Source: a virus
Strand: one strand, 5' to 3'
Length of the DNA: 64,000 nucleotides
Virus record (IMG/VR): IMGVR_UViG_3300032282_002699
Coordinates: 1-64,000 of that record
Shown here in pieces: positions 30,507 through 40,071 of this stretch (position 1 is the first letter of the stretch; each line of letters starts with the position of its first letter). A program made the translations under genes and the position numbers. The notes beneath the pieces were generated by a model. The model saw nothing but the letters and a program-made list of their open reading frames with translations, ran no database searches and was not told the DNA's origin.

Positions 30507-31396
30507 CAATCCTTTCTTTCTCTGGCAAGGACAGATGCCACCTTGGTAAATCATGTGGGGCCTCTTGTATTTCCTCCCTAAAGAGATGTGTTATCGAACT
30601 GGGTGAGGTTTTTAAGGGTTCGCTTGATAAACTAAAGTCTCGTGTTTCTGGGGTTTTCAAAAAGGAACCTTCCCCATTAGAGGGGTCACCTAAGTATGAT
30701 AAGACGTTAGGAAGCAGGACACCCCTAGAGAAGGGGAAGGTCACAGATAAAACTACGCTTGCCGACGTTTATAAAATGCAAGGGTTCAACTCTAAGCCCG
30801 AGCTAGTTGCAAAGAGAACCGACCTACTGGGCAGAGGAGATACTCTCAGGGATAGTTCGGGAGCCCCGGTTATGTTTTATAGGGGTGTATCCAATAAGGA
30901 ATACTCTAACCAGTTTAAGGGGGCGGGGGAAAATGGGGGGGTTCACTTCCCAGGAAAGGGGGTATACGGGGATGGTACTTATGCCGCCGCTAGCTCTGTC
31001 AAGGACGAGAAAGCATCTAGACACGCTAGAAACACCGCCATTAGCTACTCACAGCCAACGAATGTACTGTCCTTATCCCCCGGTAAGAGAGAACTTAACA
31101 GGAGGGTAACTGCTTTTTCCTTGCGAAGGGATGCAAATCTAGTACAGTTTGAGGGGACTCCTCAGGAGAGGCACAGCAAGTTCTGGGAGTGGGCTAATAA
31201 AACCGTTGATGCAGCGAGAAAGCAAACAGGAGTTCCTATAAATGACGTTGGTCTTGCCGCTGCAATAATGGGCATCCATGCCTACCAGGTTCCACTAGAG
31301 CCTGTGGAAGGGAGGAAGTTCTCAGATTATTGGGTTATACTAAACCGGGGAGCAGTCATAGCAGCAGTGAATCCAGAGCTTTATCCTAAAAAATAA
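30503..31396 (+). CDS. Cys-rich leader fused to an ADP-ribosyltransferase-like domain
   Basis: RCHLGKSCGASCISSLKRC; QGFNSKP, MFYRGV, FPGKGVYGDGTYAA and YWVILNR motifs. Confidence 0.6.
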   Translation: MTILSFSGKDRCHLGKSCGASCISSLKRCVIELGEVFKGSLDKLKSRVSGVFKKEPSPLEGSPKYDKTLGSRTPLEKGKVTDKTTLADVYKMQGFNSKPELVAKRTDLLGRGDTLRDSSGAPVMFYRGVSNKEYSNQFKGAGENGGVHFPGKGVYGDGTYAAASSVKDEKASRHARNTAISYSQPTNVLSLSPGKRELNRRVTAFSLRRDANLVQFEGTPQERHSKFWEWANKTVDAARKQTGVPINDVGLAAAIMGIHAYQVPLEPVEGRKFSDYWVILNRGAVIAAVNPELYPKK

Positions 31397-31407
31397 ACCA
31401 CATAACT

Positions 31408-31939
31408 ATGGAAAGAACACAACCAACTAATCTTTGCGGACTTAAGTCCCAATATGAATTCGTAGAAGATTGCTTAGGCTACTATCGGAAAAACGGCATA
31501 GAGCAAGGCAACCCCGATCACGGTACTTGGGACAAGTGTCATTACCCAGCACCTAAATGTTTAGGGGGCAAGAATACTATCATGTTACTTAAAGAGCACC
31601 ACGCAGTTCAGGGGGTGCTTCAGTCTGAAGAGTATTGCCATCCCTGCATATTTGGTTGGGAGAAGAATTTTTTTTGTCAGGCAGGGAGTTAGAGACATGG
31701 GGATAAAAGCCAGAAAAAATGAGTCTTATGAGGTAAAGGCGGCCAGGGCTCTTGCTATACCTAAGGAGGCTACCGCTAAAGCGAGAGCTATACTAAACTC
31801 TAGAAAGTTTAGGTGCCTGGTTACGGGCAAAGTTTCTACATGCGGACCGCTAACCAGATTTCAAATGAAGAGGGGTATAGATCCATCTCTAAGGGAAGAA
31901 CTATTCAACCTTGACACGAAAAACCATGAATCAAACTAA
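31408..31939 (+). pseudogene. HNH-type homing endonuclease-like gene split at a T8 tract
   Basis: HYPAPKCLGG...EHHAVQGVLQSEE in one frame and FRCLVTGKVST..L.RFQ..RGID in another; T8 at 31668-31675. Confidence 0.55.
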
Positions 31940-33959
31940 CGGCTACATTCCTGTAAGTATAACCAAACAAGTCAAAGAAGATTATCTAGCTTACTCTCTC
32001 AGTGTCTTAGTAGGAAGGGCAATCCCGGATCTCTACGACGGTCTTAAAGTTTCCCAGAGAAGGATTCTACAAGTTATGGTAGAGGAAGGTCTCCTACCTG
32101 ACAAAAAATATGTAAAGTCCGCCAGGATCACCGGCTTGACTATGGGCCTTCTACACCCTCAAGGGGATTGCTATGGTACCTTGGTAAATATGGCAACTAC
32201 ATGGACTAACAATGTCCCTTGGATTGATGGACATGGCAACTTCGGTAGCAGTACGGATCAAGCTGCTAGCCCGAGGTACACTGAAGCTAAATTACGTCCA
32301 GAGGCTGTGGATCTCCTTCTACAGGATCGCCAGGTCTGGGACACTAAACCAAACTACGACGGCTCCCGCTCAGAGGCAGTTCGCTTTAACAGCTCAATAC
32401 CTACAGTTTTACTTAACGGGGACTCCGGAATTGCAGTAGGATTTGCAACCAAGTTAGCTCCTCACAACCTCCAATCAGTTGTTGAAAGTATCAAACTTAT
32501 CTGCAAAGACTCCGCTAGTGAAAAGACAAGGGTGGAGAACTTAAGGAAAGCTAGGGAATGTTTAGTACCGGATTTCCCTACAGGGCCGAACGTAGTTAAA
32601 GATGATCAATTGAACCAGTACCTCAAAACGGGTTCGGGAAACATAAGGTGCATCGCTAAGCACTCCGTCTCAACGGTTAAGAAGCAGGGGAAAGGGAAAG
32701 AACTCCCTACAATTACTTTTACTAACCTCCCTCCTGGCACCAATCCTGAACGCCTAGGGGAGCAGATCAAGAATGAACTGGAAAAGGGTAGGATTGTAGG
32801 TGTTACTGGTATAAACGACCTCTCCGACTTAAGCGGGGATCGCTTAGAGGTTGTCGCAAAGTCTGGCACTAACGTTGAATCTTTAAAACAACAGCTTTTC
32901 TTCTATACAGACTTAGACACCAAGTATTCAGCAAAAACCTTAGTAATAGATGGTACTAACCCTGTGGAACTACCTCCGGTAGACATAGTAAAAAGGTGGG
33001 TTTCATGGAGGCTTGGGGTATTACTGGCAAAGTTTAATAAGGAGTTAGGTCTTAAAAGAGATAGGGCTCACATTGTAGAGGGTCTAGTCAAAGCCATTGA
33101 CAAGATGGATCTTATCATTAAGAGGATCCGAGCGTCCAAGGACAAAGCGGAAGCCAAAGCGGCTCTGATGGGTGGTTCGCTTAAGTTCACTGAGCCACAG
33201 GCAGAGGCTATCCTGGAGATGAGGCTTCGCCAGCTAACTAACCTTGACCAGAAGGATCTAGAGGATGAACTGGCGAGTCTTTTGGCCAGGATTAAGGAAC
33301 TAGAGACTTTGGTGAATGGTGATGCTGAAGGGGTAGCCGCAAGGAAAAAGTTCTTAGTTCAGGTAGTTTCCGAGATAGGGAAGAAGTATGGGGAAGATCG
33401 CAAGAGCCCTTTGATTGAAGTGGCTGAGGAGTTTGTCAATAAGTCGGAAGGAGTAGCTAGGAAAACTATTGCTGCCGCACCGAAGCCCAAATTCATCAAA
33501 ATAGACGCTACCAAGGGGGTGGTTGAACAGTCTAAAGGACCCAGGGGAGCCCTTGTGATCGATGCTAAGGAGAAAGTCATCCTTATGACTGAAGATGGCA
33601 CTCTGAAGAAAGTCGGGGCTAACTTCAAGGGCCCAATCTCTGTCGGATTCTCTAAGGTAGTTTTAGGGAAAAGGGAGAAAGAAGTCTCTATCCGGTCTTA
33701 TCTGACAGTGTTTGAGCTGGAGGGTCAAGTCAGGGCAATGGTGGTGAAGGGGGAGGATTTATGTAAATCAACTAGCAAAGGGAAGAAGTGGCTACCGGAG
33801 GGGGCCAAACTGGTTTACTTTGGGGAGGGGACCCATACAATAGAGTGGGTGTCGAAGAGGAAGAAGCCGATGGTCGTCACCCTTGAGACCAAGGTTGGGA
33901 AGCCTGGGGCAAGGGGAGTGAAGATCGGGGATTCTAAGGACATTGCGTCGGTGGGGTAA
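31926..33959 (+). CDS. Type IIA topoisomerase subunit A (GyrA/ParC-like)
   Basis: GRAIPDLYDGLK.SQRRIL, KSAR, HPQGD, GNFGS, catalytic SPRYTE, GIAVG, PDFPTG and QAEAILEMRLRQL. Confidence 0.92.
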   Translation: MNQTNGYIPVSITKQVKEDYLAYSLSVLVGRAIPDLYDGLKVSQRRILQVMVEEGLLPDKKYVKSARITGLTMGLLHPQGDCYGTLVNMATTWTNNVPWIDGHGNFGSSTDQAASPRYTEAKLRPEAVDLLLQDRQVWDTKPNYDGSRSEAVRFNSSIPTVLLNGDSGIAVGFATKLAPHNLQSVVESIKLICKDSASEKTRVENLRKARECLVPDFPTGPNVVKDDQLNQYLKTGSGNIRCIAKHSVSTVKKQGKGKELPTITFTNLPPGTNPERLGEQIKNELEKGRIVGVTGINDLSDLSGDRLEVVAKSGTNVESLKQQLFFYTDLDTKYSAKTLVIDGTNPVELPPVDIVKRWVSWRLGVLLAKFNKELGLKRDRAHIVEGLVKAIDKMDLIIKRIRASKDKAEAKAALMGGSLKFTEPQAEAILEMRLRQLTNLDQKDLEDELASLLARIKELETLVNGDAEGVAARKKFLVQVVSEIGKKYGEDRKSPLIEVAEEFVNKSEGVARKTIAAAPKPKFIKIDATKGVVEQSKGPRGALVIDAKEKVILMTEDGTLKKVGANFKGPISVGFSKVVLGKREKEVSIRSYLTVFELEGQVRAMVVKGEDLCKSTSKGKKWLPEGAKLVYFGEGTHTIEWVSKRKKPMVVTLETKVGKPGARGVKIGDSKDIASVG

Positions 33960-34064
33960 ATCTAGGTATCTACTAGGGGTCGCATGGATGTATCCGTAAA
34001 AGTTTGGAGAAGTTTTCTCTTTTCTTGACTAAGTAACAAAAGACCATCTAATCACATTAAAGCC

Positions 34065-34607
34065 ATGTCAATCGTATATCCAGTATCCCGTTTACTAGCA
34101 CAACCAAAAATCTTCAACGCCATTGCTAATCATTTCAAAGGCCCTGATGCAGAAACGATCCGTACCTCCTTCTACGACCTGTTAGAGATTGAGTTTGACG
34201 ACCAGGAGCCGGAAGATTGTGAGTTTGATGCCCAGGAAGTGGAGTTTGAGTGTGAGGGTGATGGGGCAATCTTCACCATTCAACTGGATACTGGCATAGC
34301 CTGTAAGCTTGAGGCGGTTGAAGGTGAGGTAAGGGCTCACATTAAGACGGACAGGGAGCTAGCTGCCACCTCAGCAGTGTACCAAAGGCTGGTCACAGCC
34401 ATTGAGGAGAGCTGCCCTGAGTTTATGGGGGACATTGCCCTTTGCTCCCCACCGACCCCTGGAAATAACTTTCTCAGTTCAGAGGAGGGGGATTGTTTCA
34501 TTGGGAGCTTCCACCTGAAGTCTAACCCTGAGCAGAGGTTTTCGTTCAATGTTTTGGTAATTGACCCTGACTCTGACGAAATGCAGGCTACCATTAAACC
34601 AATGTGA
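34065..34607 (+). CDS. Acidic hypothetical protein
   Basis: 180 aa ORF in the core block. Confidence 0.6.
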   Translation: MSIVYPVSRLLAQPKIFNAIANHFKGPDAETIRTSFYDLLEIEFDDQEPEDCEFDAQEVEFECEGDGAIFTIQLDTGIACKLEAVEGEVRAHIKTDRELAATSAVYQRLVTAIEESCPEFMGDIALCSPPTPGNNFLSSEEGDCFIGSFHLKSNPEQRFSFNVLVIDPDSDEMQATIKPM

Positions 34608-34721
34608 ACTCAGGTTTGGTATTATGCGGTAGGGGGTTGACAGGCCGACCCCACCCACCTAAGATGGTGGCAGCAGGCTCCGCCCCGACTTCGGGCAGCT
34701 CAAAACAACGTAACAAACCGG

Positions 34722-35555
34722 ATGAACGAAAATCTAAGAAATGCCACTGAGTCTCTGAGAACGTCCATCAGACAGCTAAAGTCTAAGATCAATGCAGTTA
34801 AGGCCGACATTGAAGCATTGTCAATGGAGTTTGATAGGACTTTAGATAAGTTTGATAAAATTGAGAGAGAGTCGTTCTCCTATATTGACATGATGCACCG
34901 CCACTATGAAAGGAAGCTCAAGCTGGCGGAAAAAGAGATAAGGGTTGATACCATCAGACAGATAGTAAACAACACTGCCCTCTCTGAAGATGATGAGTTT
35001 AGTGACATTGACCCTGAGGATTTGGGTGTATCCACCACAGTGTCCATCCTAGAGGCGTTTATAGACATCATCGCAGACGGGGATGAGGGATTTGAATTGA
35101 TGTCCAGGGCGGTCCTATTCCGATGCGTCTATGAGAAGTTGGTGGGCACGGGTACAAACCCAGAGGACTACTTTATCCTCAAGGTTCCTGAAGATGCTGT
35201 GAGCATAGCTGACTATGGCCGAGAGTTCTCTAAAGAGATAATCAATAAAACTCCGTATCAACTTACAAACAAGGCTGTATGGGATTCGATCATAGGGGAA
35301 GTTTCCGAGTGGTGGAAAACGTCTATGTTACCTTTCCTTTACGGGGACGTTATTCCAGACGTGTCAGATGAGCCCTATCAACTAGACGATATCAAAAGGT
35401 GGAAAGATCACGAGGCGCTTAGGTACAAGGAGTTTCCCAGAGTCAATGACGTCACTAACAAACTACTGTCATTTAAGGATAGGATTGATAGAGCAGCCGG
35501 GGTGAGCGGGTTAACTACAGAATTTGTGAAGAGGAAGATGGGTAAGATTAGTTGA
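34722..35555 (+). CDS. Hypothetical protein with an N-terminal coiled coil
   Basis: 277 aa; preceded by TTGACA-N17-TAAGAT at 34637-34665. Confidence 0.6.
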   Translation: MNENLRNATESLRTSIRQLKSKINAVKADIEALSMEFDRTLDKFDKIERESFSYIDMMHRHYERKLKLAEKEIRVDTIRQIVNNTALSEDDEFSDIDPEDLGVSTTVSILEAFIDIIADGDEGFELMSRAVLFRCVYEKLVGTGTNPEDYFILKVPEDAVSIADYGREFSKEIINKTPYQLTNKAVWDSIIGEVSEWWKTSMLPFLYGDVIPDVSDEPYQLDDIKRWKDHEALRYKEFPRVNDVTNKLLSFKDRIDRAAGVSGLTTEFVKRKMGKIS

Positions 35556-35943
35556 TTACTGAGGATTAAAATGGTACCTAGAACCGTTCAGATGAGCAAG
35601 GTTATCAGCTCTGTGATTGGTCCATACTACGAGTCTCAGTTGGGGAACATTCTGGGACCGCAGGGGTTTGGTTGGTCAAACCTCAACGCCCAGTGGTTTC
35701 TTAACGGACCCACCACTCTGGGAAACCCCGCCATCTTCAGCTATGTGATCCATCACTATGATCCAGATGGAACGCCATACTACTCCCAGCCCCCTGTTAG
35801 AAGGCATCTGAGCCTAGGCTCCTGTCTCCACCCTGTGGCAGACAACCCCGTCCCGCCGCCCCTTTCCGACCTGTCACTAGGGATGTACGGAGGGTGATAG
35901 GGGTTAAACCCCTGTAAACCAATAAACTACAATCTATCGCTCC

Positions 35944-38829
35944 ATGAGACTTACAGAACTTGGTTATCCTGTCATTTCTAACGAAGCTCATGATAAGATT
36001 TTCGGGTCTGAGTCTCTAAGAGAGATGACCACGGAAGAGAGGTGGAGAACTGAGAACCTGTTGGAAAGATTTGGTATTAAGGTTCCGGTTGACTATCCTG
36101 AAAACCTTTACAATGGTCCGTTGCCTTTACCCGATCTAAAGGCAGGAAACCTCATGGATCACTTCAACAAGGTTGCTGAAGAGCAGGTTGGCAAATACAA
36201 GAAACTTGGTGATAGACTTAGTAGGTGTGATCTACCCAAGGCTCCAACTGTCAAGGACTTCATTTATCAGCCTGGGTGGACCCGGTATGAATGGGTATGG
36301 GGTGAAGGTGAGTTTAGAAAGGAAAGGGTGCCTTACCCGTTGGAGGAAGCATTCACCTTTGACACAGAGACCTTCGTGTATGAGGGGGCTTATCCTATCA
36401 TCGGCACCGCAGTGTCAGACAAGGCTTGTTACATCTGGTTAGCTTCAGAGCTTATCGACCTTACTATAAAGAGAGAGGACTGGGATCAGTTCAAGATGAT
36501 TCCGGTTGGGAAGGGGAGATTCATCGCCGGTCACAACATTTCCTACGATCGTGTTAGAACCAGGGAGGCGTATAGCCTAGATAACACCGAGCCTGAGAAC
36601 TTCTTCTTTGATACCCTATCTGCCCATGTCGGCGTTTCAGGTCTGGCCAGCGGGCAAAGGTGGCTATTCACCCTAGCTGATAAGAGCCCTGAAGACATGA
36701 CCAGCTCTGAGAAGAGTCTTCTTAGAAGATCCCCTGAGTGGTTCGATAAGGGGTCAACTAACAGCTTGGTAAAGTGTTACAACTTCCATGTTTGCAAAGA
36801 GCAGTTCTTCTCTGAGTTTGAGCCTATGGACATAGGTGAGAAGCGCATTAGAGACGTTTTCGTAGTCTCTGAGTACCTGTCTGAAATTGCGGCTGTCATG
36901 GATCAGGTGGTTGACTACGCCATGAAGGACGCTGTTTATACGGCTAGACTGTTCCAGGCACTATGGCCTAAATACCTGGACAGTACGCCGTCTATGGTGG
37001 CTCTTTGCGGTCACTACCACCTCAACGGATCCATCGTCCCTCTGGTGGACAACTGGTCCGATTGGATTGTGGAGGCGGAACGGGTGTACCAAGAGTATAA
37101 CAACGAGATGACAGGCTTGTGCCGTGAACTCTTACAAAAGACCTATTCAGAGTGGAGGGCCATTGTTGAGAGTTGTGAAGATGTGAAAGAGGGGCTTGAG
37201 AAGGCCAACGAGTGGGTTTCTAGTGATCCTTGGAACCGACAGCTAGATTGGAAAATAAAGACTTTTAAAGGGAAGTACGCAAAGATCCCCAACTGGTACC
37301 GGGATTTTGTTAAGGAGCCAGACCTACATATTGGGGTTAAATCCAAGCTCTCTCACTTCCTGCTCAAGCTTAAGTACAAAGGGACTCCTTTGTTGTTTGA
37401 GAAGGGAATGGGATGGTGCTTCACGGATGAGGGTGGAGACATTGCTAAAATACCTCACCCTAAGGGGACTGGGGAGAACGTAGGTGGAGTTCTTAGCAAG
37501 GACTTTGTACAGGACATGGAGGTGGGTAGGTTGAGCAGTGACCTACCTGAGGCTAAACGAGCCTTGGAAATTGCCAATGCTATCTCATACTGGACTTCCG
37601 TAAGGAAAAGGGTGATGAACCGCATTGTTACCCCTGCTGAGAATCCTTATGGTAAGGATGCCCTGGTCACCCTACCAGAAATCCTGTGTCATGGCACCGT
37701 GACCCGTAGGACAGTGGAAAACCTGTTCGTGACCATGTGTTCTACCAAGAACTGGAGGATCGGGACAGAGCTAAAGACTAGGGTTGTTGCCCCGGAAGGG
37801 TGGAAGATCGTGGGGGCTGACTTTGACGGGCAAGAAATGCAGGTTGCGTCTATTTACAGTGATAAGTGGGAGGGTGGGTTCATTGGGTGCTCGCCATTCG
37901 GGTATAACGTCCTGAGCGGCTCTAAGGAGTCTGGCACCGATCCCCATACTGCCTTGGCCAGGGCCATCATGCCCGAGTTGTTTGTAGGACTCACCTGGGA
38001 TAAGAAGCTGGGGATTTGTGAAACTATCAACGGGGAGCTTACCCCTGTATCACCGGAAAGGAAAAAGGAGCTGTCAAAGGCCAGGGATCTTGCTAAAGTT
38101 GTAGGGTTCACAACCCTCTACGGGGGAGGGGCAAAAGCTATCCAAACCTATATCCGTAAGATTTATCCCGACAAGACCGAAGCTGAGGTGGAACAGTTTG
38201 CCCGCACCGCCCTTAAGACCAAAAAGGGCACTATGGACGGGGGCTTATACTCTGGAGGATCTGACTCAGGCTGCTTCAACTTCATGGAGGAGATTGCCCT
38301 GCGACAAGAGGTTTCCACCTTGCCTTGCCTGGGTACCAAAATCTCTACGGCAATGCGCAAGAAAGCTGTGGCGGACGACTTCAAGACTGGTAGAGTCAAC
38401 TGGACCATCCAATCCTCAGGGGCAGAAATCCTATCAATCATCTTGACTTCGGTTCACTGGTTAGCCAAGGAATACAAGATCCCCTGCCGCTTTGTCCTGA
38501 GCATCCATGATGAGGTGTGGTTTATGACTCCGGAGAGGTATGCAGAGCAATTTGCTGTGTTATTCCAGATCGCACACGTATACACATGGTCATTGTTCCA
38601 TAGCAGAGTGGGTATACCTGAATTGCCCCTAAGTAGAGCTTATTTCTCATCCGTAGCTATTGACAACAGGATTAGGAAGTCTCCAAAGGAATGCACGGTA
38701 TCCCCGTCAAACCTCAATGGAGCTGAGGAGCCTAATGGGGTAGAACACTCCATGACCGAACTTTCGGAAATAGGGGCAATAAACAAACTGACTACCAGAC
38801 TGAATGCGATAAAGAGTGGGCTGATTTAG
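35944..38829 (+). CDS. Family A DNA polymerase, mitochondrial Pol-gamma-like
   Basis: FDTE, GHNISYDR, FFDTLSAH..VSG, YAMKD, IPHP.G, ISYW, GTVTRRTVE, motif A VGADFDGQE, GTDPH, AK....TLYGGG, RVNWTIQSSG and motif C SIHDEV. Confidence 0.93.
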   Translation: MRLTELGYPVISNEAHDKIFGSESLREMTTEERWRTENLLERFGIKVPVDYPENLYNGPLPLPDLKAGNLMDHFNKVAEEQVGKYKKLGDRLSRCDLPKAPTVKDFIYQPGWTRYEWVWGEGEFRKERVPYPLEEAFTFDTETFVYEGAYPIIGTAVSDKACYIWLASELIDLTIKREDWDQFKMIPVGKGRFIAGHNISYDRVRTREAYSLDNTEPENFFFDTLSAHVGVSGLASGQRWLFTLADKSPEDMTSSEKSLLRRSPEWFDKGSTNSLVKCYNFHVCKEQFFSEFEPMDIGEKRIRDVFVVSEYLSEIAAVMDQVVDYAMKDAVYTARLFQALWPKYLDSTPSMVALCGHYHLNGSIVPLVDNWSDWIVEAERVYQEYNNEMTGLCRELLQKTYSEWRAIVESCEDVKEGLEKANEWVSSDPWNRQLDWKIKTFKGKYAKIPNWYRDFVKEPDLHIGVKSKLSHFLLKLKYKGTPLLFEKGMGWCFTDEGGDIAKIPHPKGTGENVGGVLSKDFVQDMEVGRLSSDLPEAKRALEIANAISYWTSVRKRVMNRIVTPAENPYGKDALVTLPEILCHGTVTRRTVENLFVTMCSTKNWRIGTELKTRVVAPEGWKIVGADFDGQEMQVASIYSDKWEGGFIGCSPFGYNVLSGSKESGTDPHTALARAIMPELFVGLTWDKKLGICETINGELTPVSPERKKELSKARDLAKVVGFTTLYGGGAKAIQTYIRKIYPDKTEAEVEQFARTALKTKKGTMDGGLYSGGSDSGCFNFMEEIALRQEVSTLPCLGTKISTAMRKKAVADDFKTGRVNWTIQSSGAEILSIILTSVHWLAKEYKIPCRFVLSIHDEVWFMTPERYAEQFAVLFQIAHVYTWSLFHSRVGIPELPLSRAYFSSVAIDNRIRKSPKECTVSPSNLNGAEEPNGVEHSMTELSEIGAINKLTTRLNAIKSGLI

Positions 38830-39301
38830 TTCAACATCGCCTTTGGTGGAATAGTCAGATTTACAACTAGATAAAATGACTAAGAAACCAAGGGTTAAAA
38901 GACAAAGGGCCCAGAGCGTGATTATGCACGAGTGTAAAACCAAGGCATCTTCTTTCTGGCACCCATCACCGTTTGATAAGAAGAACAAGTTCATACCTTC
39001 CTCAGTGGACTGCCTCTTCAATCAAGAATACTTCAGTATGGACGAAGCAGCCAATATGCTTAGGTCGCTATAATGCCCTTCCCTCTTCCCCGGAATCCCG
39101 ATTTCATCAAAGAGGTTGTGAGTTCCTGGATAGACGACGTAGATGATAGGTTGCTTTTTGGTGACCTGGACGGGGCTAGGTTAAGCCTGCAAACGGCACA
39201 TAGGTTATACCTGTCCCTCCCGGCTGGGGCAGGGGACACTCTTTTGGAAGAAGGTCTTGTAAAAGCTGGGGTAAACATAGAACAGCATTCTCAAAAACAA
39301 T

Positions 39302-39649
39302 ATGCGAACTGTAACTGAGCAACAACCAACTCCCGCACTTGAAGTGCCACCTATTCCGGTAACCCCTCCTACAACTGTGGAAACCTTTAGTGCCACCTTA
39401 AGGAGTGGCAAGGTTGTTACTATTAGAGAAATGACTGGAAAGGATCTTGTCCACATTGAAGAGGAACTTGTCAACATGGGGGAAACTAGAAGAAGTTTCC
39501 ACATTATTGAGCTTCTAAACGTAGGAGAGAATAAGTATTCTTACGAGGACATCGAGTCCCTCGGGGTTAGGGACATTAAAACCATCTCCGACCTAATAGG
39601 TAAGGCCAATGGGGATACTGCTGATTCCGAGGAAAGTCCCCCAAAGTGA
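39302..39649 (+). CDS. Tail assembly chaperone (gpG-like), upstream frame
   Basis: VTIREMTGKDL...IESLGVRD pattern; ends in slippery C CCA AAG TGA. Confidence 0.6.
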   Translation: MRTVTEQQPTPALEVPPIPVTPPTTVETFSATLRSGKVVTIREMTGKDLVHIEEELVNMGETRRSFHIIELLNVGENKYSYEDIESLGVRDIKTISDLIGKANGDTADSEESPPK

Positions 39650-40071
39650 CGGTGGTTGACCTTGAGGACTTCTCCTATAAGGTAACTTTCAACTCCTATG
39701 GCCCTTTTCACATACGTGAGATAAAGCCTAAGGATCTATACTTAGCCCAAATACTCAGGAACGAGGATAAGAACTACCTACCTTTGATGCTCCGGCTTAT
39801 CCAAAACAAGGAGATGCTGGGATTAGTCCCATCCAGGATATTTAGACTAATGACCATCTGGGTTATGGAAAACGTCATGTCAGACAGCATCATGACTGTT
39901 GAAAATTGGATGGAAGTTGCTTTCCATTTATGTAAACAAAGGTGGGATTCCTCAATAGACTGGCTGGAAAATCAGCCTATGAGTAAGATCAAGCTCATGG
40001 TAGATATCAACAGGAAGTTCGCTCAACAACAGGAGGAGGACATGAAAAAGGCATCCAAGAGGAAGAGATGA
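39646..40071 (+). CDS. Tail assembly chaperone -1 frameshift extension (gpGT-like)
   Basis: In the -1 frame from CCCAAAG (39640-39646). Confidence 0.55.
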   Translation: MTVVDLEDFSYKVTFNSYGPFHIREIKPKDLYLAQILRNEDKNYLPLMLRLIQNKEMLGLVPSRIFRLMTIWVMENVMSDSIMTVENWMEVAFHLCKQRWDSSIDWLENQPMSKIKLMVDINRKFAQQQEEDMKKASKRKR

